A stretch of DNA of 64,000 bases. Source: Azolla caroliniana (Eukaryota > Plantae > Polypodiophyta). The notes below the pieces were generated by a model. That model was not told where the DNA came from. It saw only the letters and a list, made by a program, of their open reading frames with translations, and searched no databases. The stretch spans positions 22,382,001 to 22,446,000 of the forward strand of contig JBHGNT010000004.1 in assembly GCA_043228905.1 (NCBI GenBank), written 5' to 3'. The first letter of the stretch is position 1; each line of letters begins with the position of its first letter. Positions 38,057-50,136 of the stretch are shown here, piece by piece. A program made the position numbers and the translations under genes.

Positions 38057-40036
38057 ATGAATCGTGCCGATGTGAAGGTGCCACCGGGATTTCGATTCCA
38101 TCCCACTGATGAGGAGCTTGTGGATTATTACTTGAAGAAGAAAGTGGAGTCGCAGAGAATCGATCTCAATTTCATCCGTGAAATCGATCTTTACAAGATC
38201 GAGCCATGGGATCTCCGAGGTATCAACATGCGGTCCCTAGTTTTCAAAGAGCTAATCAATTTTAATCAATCATCAATGGAGCTTTTGATAATTTATCAGT
38301 ATTTTCTATGATCAACCCCATTCCATTTGTCCTCTCACTCAATTGTTCATCCTTCCTCATGACTAATCGCATTCCTTTCCTAATCGCTTCATTTCCATGG
38401 TTCTTTCCTCGCATTTTTGATCTAGCCTGTATGATGCTAATTAAACACACATTTCCAATTATTAATTCCCCCTCAATTACGTGGTACTCCTTAGTGGTTT
38501 TACCAGACATTGGTAGTTTGCATGAGCGAGTTTGCAGCAATCTGTTCAAATTACCTCTGTTTAATGCTCTGGAAACCATAGCCTTATACATCATCTTTCA
38601 AGTCAATAGTAAAAACAATAGGTTAGCTAAACTAGGTTTTTCAAAACATTAATGATTTAAGAATGAATGAACCAAAATTTAGCAGTTATAATGGGCTCTA
38701 AATTCACAAATTTTCTCAACAAATTGATTAGTAATGCTTGTGTACTCCACATATTAATCCCAACTACATTTTCCTGGTTTTTGGTTAATTGGATCAATGT
38801 AAAAAAGAGAGGTGCAGGATTGGAGCAGCAAGAGGAGATGATGAAGAGGAGGAGTGGTATTTCTTTAGCCGTAAAGACAAGAAATATCCCACAGGGAGCC
38901 GCACGAACAGGGCAACGGCTTCTGGCTTCTGGAAGGCCACAGGGAGAGATAAATCTGTTTACAGATTTAAGCAGAATCATGAGAAGCTTGTCATTGGTAT
39001 GCGGAAGACATTAGTTTTCTATCGTGGCCGGGCACCCAACGGCCAAAAGACTGATTGGATCATGCATGAGTATCGATCCACAGATTGCCATGATTCTGAT
39101 CAATATCATGCCTCCCATGTGCTCCTTAATCCATCGCTGCTGCATACCAATGTAAGCCGAGTCTCGCATTTGATTCAAAGTCTGCATTGTTTTGGCATTA
39201 AGGGTTTGGGATTAGCATGATTTCTGGCAAAACAAGTGTAGATCTTCAGGTTCTGTTTAGGTTTAGGGTTTAGGGTTTAATCTTCTTCCAAATTCCACCA
39301 TGATCTTCTTCCAAATCCCTAATTATGCATTTGGTAATGTGTGTTGCAGGATCAGGAAGCTGGGTGGACTGTTTGCAGGGTGTTCAAGAAGAAAAATCCC
39401 TGCACTGTCAATGCGCAAGAATTGTGTGTTGTGGTAGGCGCTATGGAGGGGGCTCACAATGGGCGAGAAATTGTAGCAGGCACAGGGTTCATGAAGTACA
39501 GGAAGGATGCATCATGGTGGGGGGAAGATCATATTCCAATGTCAGGACATATATGGCATGAAAACTGTGGTGAAATTAGTACACTTACTAGTGGTAATTA
39601 TATGTTTAGCGGCAGCGATGGTGGTGCTGATGATCCTGATCCTCTGCTTCAACATGCCTTCATGTCTCTTCCCAAACTGCTTGATCCCTCCACTGTAGCT
39701 GCTAATTGCAGTAATAAGACCCAATTATGTATTAGCCAGTGCGCCTCTGCCTCTGATTTGAACCATATTAGGGCTCTGATATGTGGCGTATACGGCTCCG
39801 GAAACCCTGATCTCTATCATCTCAGGAATATGAATCCTACTGATCAGGATGCATTAATGGCGGCGATAATGCCTAGTAGCACCTCAACTGCTGATCATCA
39901 TCATCAACCACATGAACACATTGAGCATGAGCAGTCCTTTGTCTGCAGCATGGACTGGCGCCTGTTGGATAGGCTTGTGGCCTCCCAACTCGGACAAGAT
40001 CTCGCAGTTGAAGCCCATCCCCAATTATATCAATAG
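38057..40036 (+). CDS. NAC transcription factor, VNS (VND/NST/SOMBRERO) subfamily
   Basis: Exons 38057-38219, 38808-39151 and 39350-40036. Motifs [43 protein letters not shown] and [11 protein letters not shown]-terminal LP-box ([10 protein letters not shown]) and WQ-box ([13 protein letters not shown]). Confidence 0.95.
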
Positions 40037-41372
40037 TCTCTATAATCAGACCTATTGAGTCTCTGATCATTTCTGCATTTAACCATGACTAGTGCTGATC
40101 ACATTGACATCTGGATTTGAGATATAAAAGAGAGTTCCAGATTAGCTCCGCTGGTTTGCGATCATTTAATCTGAATCATTAAGGCTAATATGTTAAGCTA
40201 GAGTGAAATTCCAACCAAGTGATGAATAGATTTCTGAGTTTCCCCAATATGTAGGATCGCAGCAACATTGAACTTTTTCCTTAAGTATTCATGATTCCAC
40301 ATGTGAATTATTTTTATCTGGTCGAATTCTGTTTATGTGATATCCCTCTCCAGTGTCCCACGAATCGCCCAAGCGTATAAAATTTCCCGTGTGGTGTGGT
40401 GCAGTACTCATATGTTTATCTCTATCCCGCATGATCATGCAATTTTCTGATGGGTATTTTGTTTGAAATTGGTATCAAAGAGATTACAGGGAGTGTAAAT
40501 GTTGAGATTTGATGCCTATTTCTGATGGGGAGTAGCCCAACTTCAAAGTCTTGCCAAAATCATTGTCAATAAAGAAGAATCATGTGGTGATGCAATATGT
40601 TATAGCTTAATTACACTACATGAAAATGCCCCAAGGCATGACACAGATGATGATTCCATGGATTTATTAGTGAAGAATATGGGACTTGCACAATCCCAGG
40701 CATAGTTTTGTATCTTACGTCTAATTCATTCGTTAGGTTTTGTATCTTAAGAAGATGAGGATTTCCACCATAGAATAAATATAATCCACTAGCAACTCTG
40801 CAAACTCAAAAGAGAAAAAAAATAATTGTAGGAATTACAAGTAGGTTTACAAAATAACTTTATTATCATGTATGTATCTTTAAAGAATGTCTAATTGCCT
40901 TCTTTTGATTAATGCATGCAGGGTTATGAATCTCAAGGTTTAAAAATATCCAAGCATTTTCACCGCTCACTCGCCGTCACAATTCTATCAAGGGCGTTGT
41001 CCAAGAGAGGGCAATGACTAGTGTCATAACAAATCACTATATGACAATACACGTAAGTAGGCTAAATAATTTACAACCCTCCTTTGGCCCTATGTGCGTG
41101 TTGTAATAATTGGGGGGAGGAGGAGCCTATAAAGAAGCATCGTACGAATGGCCTTGTTCTAATGACAATCCTTGTATAATGCTTTGGTGATCTAAAGAGG
41201 AGCTTTTGCAAATGGCAGGTGTGAGATTCCAGTAACCAATGAGTCATTTTCCACCATAGCTCAAGCAAAGGGGAGGGGGGGTATCATCTTCCATGAAGGA
41301 GACTCTAGATTAGTCAGCAAGGGGAAACCCAAAATAGAGTTTTCCCTGCTTCGTGGAAAGAGTACCTAAGCA

Positions 41373-43925
41373 TCATCCATTAAGTCCAATTAGTTGATTA
41401 AAACATGTCCTTCCTAGTGAAATATTGCCATGTGATCTACAATGCCTGAGTAATGAAAACCATGTTGAATGATGAGTCAATGGAAATGGTGCTGACTGGA
41501 CAAAACCATCTGCTTCTTTCAACCATCCTGCCTGGCCTAAAAGATCTAAGATGATGTTAAAATGGTCACAAGTAGGTACAATGCCATAGCATTCTTGCAT
41601 CAACATGAAATATTGGCAGCCTTCCTTAACTAGGCCTATGTAATTACAGGCAGAGAGAAGGGAAGAAAAGGTTGCACCATCTGGCTTCATGCCTTTGCAT
41701 CGCATATCCTCGAAATAATCAAGCACTAGTCTGTTGTTAGACTGCTCGAGACACCGTGCAATGATGATGTTCCACGTCACTGTATCCCTCACCAACAACT
41801 TTTCGAAAGTTGCACAGGCATCGCAAAGGTCTCCACACTTGGCATACATATCGAGGAGACTGTTTGCTATGAATAAGTCTTCGTCATAATCATTATACAT
41901 AAGACAAGTATGTAACTGTTTTCCCTCATGAAGACTTGAGCATGCTTTTAATGCACTCACAAAGGTCAACTGACTTGCATATATTCCTTCGTTTTGCATT
42001 TGTACATATATTTGTAAAGCCTCTTGCGAATACCCACTGTTGGAAAGGCATTGTATCATTGATGTCCATGTTGCCACATCCTTTTCAACACACATATCAA
42101 ATGTCTTTGCAGCATCATCCAGTTTTTTCTCGACTTCACCATACATATAGATGAGAGCATTTACAATTGATGAAGTCAGGTAACACAGGTTTTCGATCGC
42201 ATACGCATGAATCAACTTACCCTCATCTGAAGAGGAACACGTGGTCAATTGATAAATTAAAATTGTCTCATCCAGCTGAATGTCCTGTCCATACATCTCT
42301 TGAAAAAGCTCAATACACTCCTCAGTATATCCCTGTTCTATGTGCCCATTGATGAGAGCACTCCATGTTACCACATCATGCTTGACTAAGGCATTGAACA
42401 CCACACATGCGTCTAATATAGCCCCCTGCTTGGAGTACATGTTGATGAGAGAATTGCCAACTACAGTGTCCTGTTCATGACCATTTTCAACAATTTGAGC
42501 ATGCATTAGTTTTCCACTAGTCATAGTACCAGGCATAGAAAAGATTTGCAAGATGATAATAAAAGTAACTGTACTTGGCTTCAAACCCTGCCATTGCATT
42601 TGCAAAAAATACTGCAAAGCAGCATCTCTATTTCCATGCGCCACGCACCCTGACAGCATTGCATCCCATGTCACTACATCTCTTTTGTAAAGCCCCTCAA
42701 ATACACTGCATGCATCCGATAGACTAAAGCAGTTATTATAGAAATCAATAAGTGCAGTACCGATGGCCTTATCCATTCGAATTCCTGTTTCTATAAGATA
42801 AGCATGAAGTAACATCCCATCACCTAGGCACTCATTTGTGCTAAAAACTTTCACAATACTGAGAAAGGTCACCTGCGTCACCTCGATGCCTGCCATGCCC
42901 ATTTGAAGGAAAAGATCAAACGCACGTTGGTAAATACCATGATGAATAAATGCATCCATCATTGATGTCCATGTCACTGCATCCTTCTTAGCTAACCTAG
43001 AAAACACCGCCCATGCATCCCGAAGGCTTCCATGATTCGTATACATGTGAATCAAACAGCTTCCGATAAAACCATCTGCATGAAACCCATTCTCAACCAC
43101 ATTCATATGAATGATTTGCCCTTCATTCCAAGCAGACATCACCATAGAGCATGCTTTGATGGCACTGGAGAAGATAAACTCATTGGGCTTTAGCAGGCCT
43201 TCGTGTTGGAGGTGATTGAATAGATGTAAGGCCTCCAGGCTATTCCCATGCTGCACACATGCTGAGATCAAGGTCCCCCAAGTTATCAAATCTCGGCATG
43301 GGGACGACAGTACCTCCAGAATTCTAAAAGCATCCTCCATACTCGCACATTTGGCATACATACCCAAGAGGGAGTTCCCTATAGATGGAGTAGTATATTC
43401 CAGTCCGACATGAATGATGTGGGCATGGATGAGCCTGCCAAGTCGCACATCGCCTAGGCGAGCACATGCGGTGAGTGCAGAAGACAAGACATGGACATCG
43501 GCATGGGCATTGGCATCCATCATGGCAGCATAGCAAAGCTGGTCGATCCGCCATAAGTCATGATCATGGTCATCATGGTGATCATCCTCAACACGGGAAT
43601 GATGATGAGCTGGCCCTGACATAGCAGAGATGATAGCACTCCACGTGAAAGCATCAGGTGAGGGGATGCACGCGGTGAAGACATGGTTAGCATCGGTGAG
43701 GCTACCGCAGAGGGCGAACATGCGGATGAGGTGATTGGCGAGGAAGGCGTGGAGAGCGAGGCCAGATCGCTTGAGCAGACCATGATAGACGTGGCGACAG
43801 GACTGCAGGTCTTTGCTCTTCCCGCAGCGATGAAGGAGCCAGTAGCAGGAGGAGATGCTGGGCATAAGCAGGAGTGAGGAGGAGGAGGAGGAGCAGGGGA
43901 CCCGCCATTCCTTCTTCTCCTCCAT
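41373..43925 (-). CDS. PLS-class pentatricopeptide repeat protein (850 aa, intronless), ends in an E-like region, no DYW
   Basis: Repeated P-L-S triplets (GNSLINMYSKQG, DVVTWSALI, TFVSALKAC). Terminal HFNIILDLLGQAG..TWFSLLRHCRSHGN then stop. Confidence 0.93.
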   Translation of the reverse strand: MEEKKEWRVPCSSSSSSLLLMPSISSCYWLLHRCGKSKDLQSCRHVYHGLLKRSGLALHAFLANHLIRMFALCGSLTDANHVFTACIPSPDAFTWSAIISAMSGPAHHHSRVEDDHHDDHDHDLWRIDQLCYAAMMDANAHADVHVLSSALTACARLGDVRLGRLIHAHIIHVGLEYTTPSIGNSLLGMYAKCASMEDAFRILEVLSSPCRDLITWGTLISACVQHGNSLEALHLFNHLQHEGLLKPNEFIFSSAIKACSMVMSAWNEGQIIHMNVVENGFHADGFIGSCLIHMYTNHGSLRDAWAVFSRLAKKDAVTWTSMMDAFIHHGIYQRAFDLFLQMGMAGIEVTQVTFLSIVKVFSTNECLGDGMLLHAYLIETGIRMDKAIGTALIDFYNNCFSLSDACSVFEGLYKRDVVTWDAMLSGCVAHGNRDAALQYFLQMQWQGLKPSTVTFIIILQIFSMPGTMTSGKLMHAQIVENGHEQDTVVGNSLINMYSKQGAILDACVVFNALVKHDVVTWSALINGHIEQGYTEECIELFQEMYGQDIQLDETILIYQLTTCSSSDEGKLIHAYAIENLCYLTSSIVNALIYMYGEVEKKLDDAAKTFDMCVEKDVATWTSMIQCLSNSGYSQEALQIYVQMQNEGIYASQLTFVSALKACSSLHEGKQLHTCLMYNDYDEDLFIANSLLDMYAKCGDLCDACATFEKLLVRDTVTWNIIIARCLEQSNNRLVLDYFEDMRCKGMKPDGATFSSLLSACNYIGLVKEGCQYFMLMQECYGIVPTCDHFNIILDLLGQAGWLKEADGFVQSAPFPLTHHSTWFSLLRHCRSHGNISLGRTCFNQLIGLNG

Positions 43926-46900
43926 GGTTCCATGGGAGCTCTGCTCTCTCTAGGCTTTCTCTTTCATTCATGCTCTCTCTCTCTCTCTCTCTCTTATTGG
44001 GCCTACTACTTATTCATAGGTCCAGCATGAGACATGCCCCTTGTGTCGAGACTTGTATTGGTTCTGTTGCATGGAACCACTAGGGTTTAGGGTTTTAGGA
44101 TTATGTATTACAAGGTCTTGGGTTTAAGCCCAGGTGAAGCCATCATGTTTGTGTATTCATGACACTATCCCCCCCCCCCCCTCCCCCCCCCTTTGAGAAT
44201 GACGAGTGGAAGGCGGTGTTAAGAATGTAGGGCCCGGTTTGTTTGGATAGCGGCGATGGAAGTCGTCGACAAGAGCTTGAGAATTAGAAACATTATTGAT
44301 GGGTTCCCAAGTGCGATCACTCGGAGGATAGCCTACCCAATCAACCAGATAATAGAGCTTATTCCGCACAATCTTAGAATCGAGAATAGTTGCTACCTCG
44401 TATTCGGGGTCGTTAGCAAGTTGGACAGAGGGAGGAGGTGGCACGACATGATTAGGAATGGAAGAGGTGCGACAAGGTTCCAAAAGAGAGCTACGAAAGA
44501 CTGGGTGAAGTCGCATGTGTGCTGGAATATTAAGACGAAAGGTTGCATCATTAATCTGCGTAGTGATGAGAAAAGGACCTAAGCGTTGATAATCGAGCTT
44601 CTCACATGACCGGGTAGTCTTGATGTGACGACGAATCAACCATACTTGGTCACCAACCTTAAAAGGAGACTTAAGACGATGACGATCTGCGTTGGTCTTA
44701 TGTTGTGCTTGAGCTGTCTGAAGATTTGAAGATAGTGCTAACTGGATTTAGTGTAGTCGATGAAGGTGATGCTTAGCACTAGGTTTTCGTGCGACCTTGG
44801 GAAGATCCAAGATACACCATCGAGGATGGTTGCTGGTGTATTGGCAAAGAAAGGTGTTACAACCTTGGTAGAATAGTGTATCGTGATATTGTATGCAAAC
44901 TCAGCAAGATGTAAAATATTACTCCAATAATCTTGTTGATAACTAATGAAGCATCGAAGTTTTGATTCCTGCGCTCGGTTTGTCTGTCGGTTTGCGGATG
45001 ATAAGCCGAAGAGAGTTTACAGGAGATTTTGAGGCTTGCCCATAGGTGCTTCCAAAAGTGAGAGATAAATTACAGACCATGATTGGTAATTATATTGTCT
45101 AGAAGACCATGATGGCGAAACACTTCACGCATAAGGATATCTACGGTTTCTTGACTACCGATGCTCTTTACACATGGTAAAAAATGTGCCATCTTGGTAA
45201 ATCGATCCACTACTGTTAAAATAGTATCAAAGCCTTTTGAAGGTGGCAGATCCATAAGGAAATCCATAGAAATAGACTACCATGGCTTGGTTGGAGGCGG
45301 TAATGGTTGTAACAAGCCATAAGGATGATGCTTGGGTATTTTGGCTCAACAACAGGTGTCAAATGTACGAACATAATGTTCGACAAAGTTTTGCAAATGA
45401 AGCCACCAAAAAGAGCGCTTCACCAACTCCATGGTCTTGGCAATACCAAAATTTCCAGCCATAGGCGCATCATGGCAATGCTCTAATACTTGACGGTGGG
45501 GTGATTCATCAGGGATGTAAAGGAGATTCTTGTAAAAGAGTAAGCCATCTTGCCATTTGAAGTCCTGATAGTGTTGAGATGACCCTTGCAATGTGGAGCA
45601 AGATGCATGGCTTGGACTAATGTGGGTCAAGACATCCTTAGTGAAATCGTTAGCAAATAGTATCAACAAGGCATGAATTATGCAGCGTGGCATAAACTGT
45701 TGTTGCTTGTAGCTTTGGTGGTCCTACAAGAATTTGCTTTTGATTGTCGAAGGCTGGATCTCTAGGTCAAGGTGCAAGATATGAACACTGAGATAGAGCA
45801 TTTGTCTTCCCTTGTTGTTTCTCGAGACGGAAAACGATCTTGAAATCAAAATGAGTTAGAAATTGTGCCCACCGAGCTTGTCTCCTTTTTAACACTCGAG
45901 CCCTTTGAAAATATGTAAGATTTTTGTGATCACTATAAATGATGATTTGATGAGGCGATCCTTCCAAGAAATGTCGCCATTGCTCGAAAGAGTCGACCAC
46001 AACTAGTAACTCCTTGTCATGCACCTTGTAGTTTACCTCTGCAGTAGTAAATTTTCTTGAGTGAAACACGATTGAATGAGATTCCCCGTCCTTGCCTGGT
46101 TGTGATAGGATACTCCCCAATGCAAAGTCCGACACATCCACCTCAATGGTAAATGGCTTTTCGGGATCAATATGCACTACGATAGGAATTGATGTGAATG
46201 CCTCTTTCAGTTGAGTAAAGGTTGTGTCCGCTTCAATAGTCCAAACAAACGCTTGATTTTTCTTGGTGAGTTGGGTGAGAGGCAACACAATCTTTGAATA
46301 ATTCTATATGAATTTGTGATAGAAGTTAGCAAATTCAAGGAAACATTGGACGTCTTGAACAGAACGTGGGGGTTGCCATTCCAATTTCCAATATTATTTT
46401 AACTTTTGCTGAAGATACCCTTGGATGAAATAATATAACCCAAGAATTCGACTTGTTCGTTGTCAAAACTACACTTCTCAAGTTTAGCATATATACCATA
46501 CTTTCTTAAGCAGTCAAGTACTTTCCGGACATGTATATCATGCTCCTCTTGTGCTTTAGAGTATTTATCAACAGATCATCTAAATAGATGATGAGAAGGC
46601 ATTTAGAAAATCCTGGAAAATGTCATTTGCCGTACGTTGGAAAACTGCGGGTGCATTTGTGAGCCTGAAAGGCATGACTGTATACTCGAAATGACCATAC
46701 CCAGTGCGAAATGCAGTTTTCCACTCATCTCCCAATCGAATGTGAACAAGATTATATGCAACACTTAAATCAATCTTTGTAAAATGCTTTGCCCCACCAA
46801 TGCGCTCTAAAAGACCGGAGATTAAAGGTAGAGCATACCTATTTCTTATGGTGACTTTATTTAATCCCCGATAGTCCACGACCAAACGAAACAAACCGTC

Positions 46901-47236
46901 CTTTTTCTTCACCAAAAATATTGGAGCACCGGTTGGAGACTTTGAATTTCGAATAAACCCATGTGCAAGATTCTACTCGATGTATTCTCGAAGAACCTCA
47001 AGCTCAGTTGGTGATAGATTCTAGATCGGACCCCATGGTGGCTCTTTTCCGGGTTCGAGGTCAATGGGATAGTCGTATGACTGATGCTTTGGAAGTACAC
47101 TAGCTTTGACTTTGGTGAAAACATCAACATATTCTTGATATTTTTCATGAATTTGGATGCTTGAATTCCCTTGAGTGGCACTAGAAGGTGTCACTGATAT
47201 TGCAAATAAGAAAAATTTGTTCTTTCCTCCCACTTG

Positions 47237-47620
47237 GGACAATTATTTCAATGTGATGGTTGAGATTTGATGAAAAGGAGATGGTGCACTGGTAGAACTA
47301 TATTCTCTAAGGGAATAGTCTTGGGTTCGATCCTTAGCAATGATATTTTCTGCTGAAGGGCACCAAATTTCTCGCCTCCTCCAATCGATTCTTGGGTTAT
47401 GTAGCTTGAACCATGGCAAACCAAGGACAATTATTTCAATGTGATGGTTGAGATTTGATGAAAAGGAGATGGTGCACTGGTAGAACTATATTCTCTAAGG
47501 GAATAGTCTTGGGTTCGATCCTTAGCAATGATATTTTCTGCTGAAGGGCACCAAATTTCTCGCCTCCTCCAATCGATTCTTGGGTTATGTAGCTTGAACC
47601 ATGGCAAACCAAGGACAATT
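47237..47620. repeat. Exact 188-bp tandem duplication in pol
   Basis: 47237-47424 equals 47425-47612. GGACAATT occurs at 47237, 47425 and 47613. Confidence 0.93.
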
Positions 47621-48765
47621 GGATGCTCGGGGCTATGGATTATGTTAAAGGAAACTACACATCTTAAATAACCTAAGAGTATGTGTATTGGCTCAAACTC
47701 TTCGAATATCTTCCCGGATGCTATGGGACGTCCATCAATCACTACCACGGAAATTGGGCAAGGAAGGGTATACAAGGATATTTGATGTTTTTGGGCAAAA
47801 TCTCTATCCATGAAACAAGAATTGGCTCCAGTATCCAAGAGGGCTTGGACCTGAAGTTGACAACTCGGTGTCCTAACTTGTACTTGGGCTGATAAGACTC
47901 TATTAACATGCTTGGATGAAATGGAATCTACACTAGGTCGTACAGATCTAGGGTTGTCCAACCAAATGGCTCCAATTTTGGTCGAACTTATTCGTTTGAC
48001 TCCTCTTCTAATTGGCTTAGGACTTCAAACTTATTGGACAAGGGTGGATTATTCATAATATTAGAATCACTAAGTGCTTCTAAAATGTTGGACTCATTTT
48101 TATTGTCATTGTGAATTTGATTTAACTGACGTCTCGGCCTACGGGAGCAATGAATGACTATATGTCTTGGACCCCCACAATATAAGCATAGACAGTTTGC
48201 TCGGCATCATTGCTTCTCTTCGTCCGACAATGGTCCTCGTCGTTGGGTCATATCCATCTCCATGGGTGTAGGCCTATCCATTGGGGCTGGACTACGTGTT
48301 TGCCTTGGAGTTGGAGTAGGGCTATATGTTTACCTTGGAGATATATTGTGCCATTACTGATGCATAAGTTGGTGTGAATCTTGATCTTGTTATTTGTTGT
48401 TGTCGCTCACATCGACGCTCAAAAAGACGATTATCACACCGTATTGCTCGACTAATAGCTTATGTAAATGATTTTGGATCCTCGGGGAAGGTAAGAAGTA
48501 AGTTCTTCACATCACTACGAAGACCGGAACGAAATTGCTAAATTAGGGTTTGTTCATCCCAAGGAATATCGCTTGTGATGAGACGGAAATTGGCTGCATA
48601 TGTCAAAGCTGACTGATCACCTTGACATAGTGTACGAATCTTGTTGATTGTTGTTCTTGCCCCATCTTTATCTCCGAAGCAAACCTTAAATTCTTTGATA
48701 AAATCCTCGAAATTATGTAGTAGAGGAGAGTTTGTCTCTAATAATGGAGCAAACCATGACAACGT

Positions 48766-49294
48766 TGTCGCGTTGTTACGCGCGTGCGTGTAGAAGGGGC
48801 GGGACCACCGGGGTCTCGGACTAGGGAGTAGAGGAGAAAGAATAAGATATGATATGGAGGCTTAGCTCAAGAGGAGAAGAGGAAGGAATAAGACCATGAC
48901 ATAGAAGGTGAGATCGACGGAGGCAAGATGCTCAACAAGTTATATTAAAGCAAACAAATGATTACAACAATGGTGGCCACATGGGCTGCATCAAACGACT
49001 ATGAGAAAACCCTAATCGAGAACGAATAAGGAAAACCCTAAACGAAACCCTAACCCTAAACGATAAGAACTCTAGACTAAGTGGTATACCTTTCATACGC
49101 AAAATAGGCAACAACTTCATAAGTGACCCCTCCCTTCCTTTTATAGCCCAAGGAGGGAGGGACCTTACAATGTGGGATAAAATTTCCCTCTTATTTCTAT
49201 ACACCATTTCCTAGTATACATGTGCACATGTTGCACACCATCGACTTGCCCATTCCACCCCGGTTTCACACTATAGCCGAAAATCTTCACGACA
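48766..49294 (-). mobile_element. Solo LTR inserted in chromovirus gag; terminus related to the LTR at 57186
   Basis: TG...CA ends. The - strand start TGTCGTGAAGATTTTCGGCTATAGTGTGAAA resembles 57186 TGTCGTGAAGATTTTAGGCAATAGTGTGAAA. The gag frame is restored when the insert plus 4 bp is removed. Confidence 0.88.
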
Positions 49295-50136
49295 ATGCTA
49301 TGCCACTCAATAAGGTGCCCACTAACCCGATTCGTGATGCATCTGTCGGATAACGCATGGGATGCATTTGAATTACCAACCGCACTTGATTCAAGAAACC
49401 TCGGAAATGCGCCCTCGAACCATCAAATTTAGCTGGGAGGCTGATTTTGGGCTCCTTGATAATTCATTGACCTTCGAACCTTTGTTGTTGTAAAACTATG
49501 ATTGTCGATTCTAATTGTTGCACCCGTCGCGTAAACTACTCTTATTGTTGCTTCTCCACAGTAACATTTTGTAGATCTCCAAGAAGACGTTGATTCTCTA
49601 ATTCAAGATTCTCCATTTCTGCAACAAGGGTGAGATATTCTTTTGAGTTGATGGTGGCCATGGTTTCGTGATATTTATTGAGGAGGATAAAGGAGAGTGA
49701 GAGATAAATTCTAATCAAACTGTCAAAACCAAGAGAAATAGAAGAAAGATATAAAGAGATCACACGAAGAGAGGAATCAAATGATAACAGAAGAATGAAT
49801 GTATTAGATAGAATGAGAATGGATACAAGATAGGTGATGAGAGCTTAAGACTGGTGTTGATTTGAACTGGTTTGAGAATAATCGTATGTCTATATTTATA
49901 GGTTCCTATAGAATAGCCTAGAGATTTCTATAATGTTCTAGAACGTTCTAGACCTAGAATATTCTAAGATGTTCTAGAATGTTCGAGAGTATTTACAATA
50001 ATCAATATATTAGAAGAAGTAGCTTTTATCATCTCATATAATCATAAACAATCTTAATGGTTAGGTTCTTGATTATGTATTACAAGGTCTTGGGTTCAAG
50101 CCCAGGTGAAGCGATGATGTTTATGTATTCATGAGA

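Larger units (their letters stand above)
44099..50136 (-). mobile_element. Second Tcn1-like chromovirus family, degenerate; 3' LTR truncated
   Basis: 5' LTR 50136-49721. Gag 49661-47988 is interrupted by a solo LTR. Protease LLDTGA, RT, RNase H, integrase and chromodomain (YEVATILDS..DWVGY..TWEP). G-rich PPT 44165-44195. Only 44164-44099 of the 3' LTR remains. Confidence 0.93.

Noticed and set aside
39256-39279. TTTAGGG repeats in NAC intron 2 as an interstitial telomere
   Set aside because: Only about three units. Short telo-box runs are common in plant introns and promoters.
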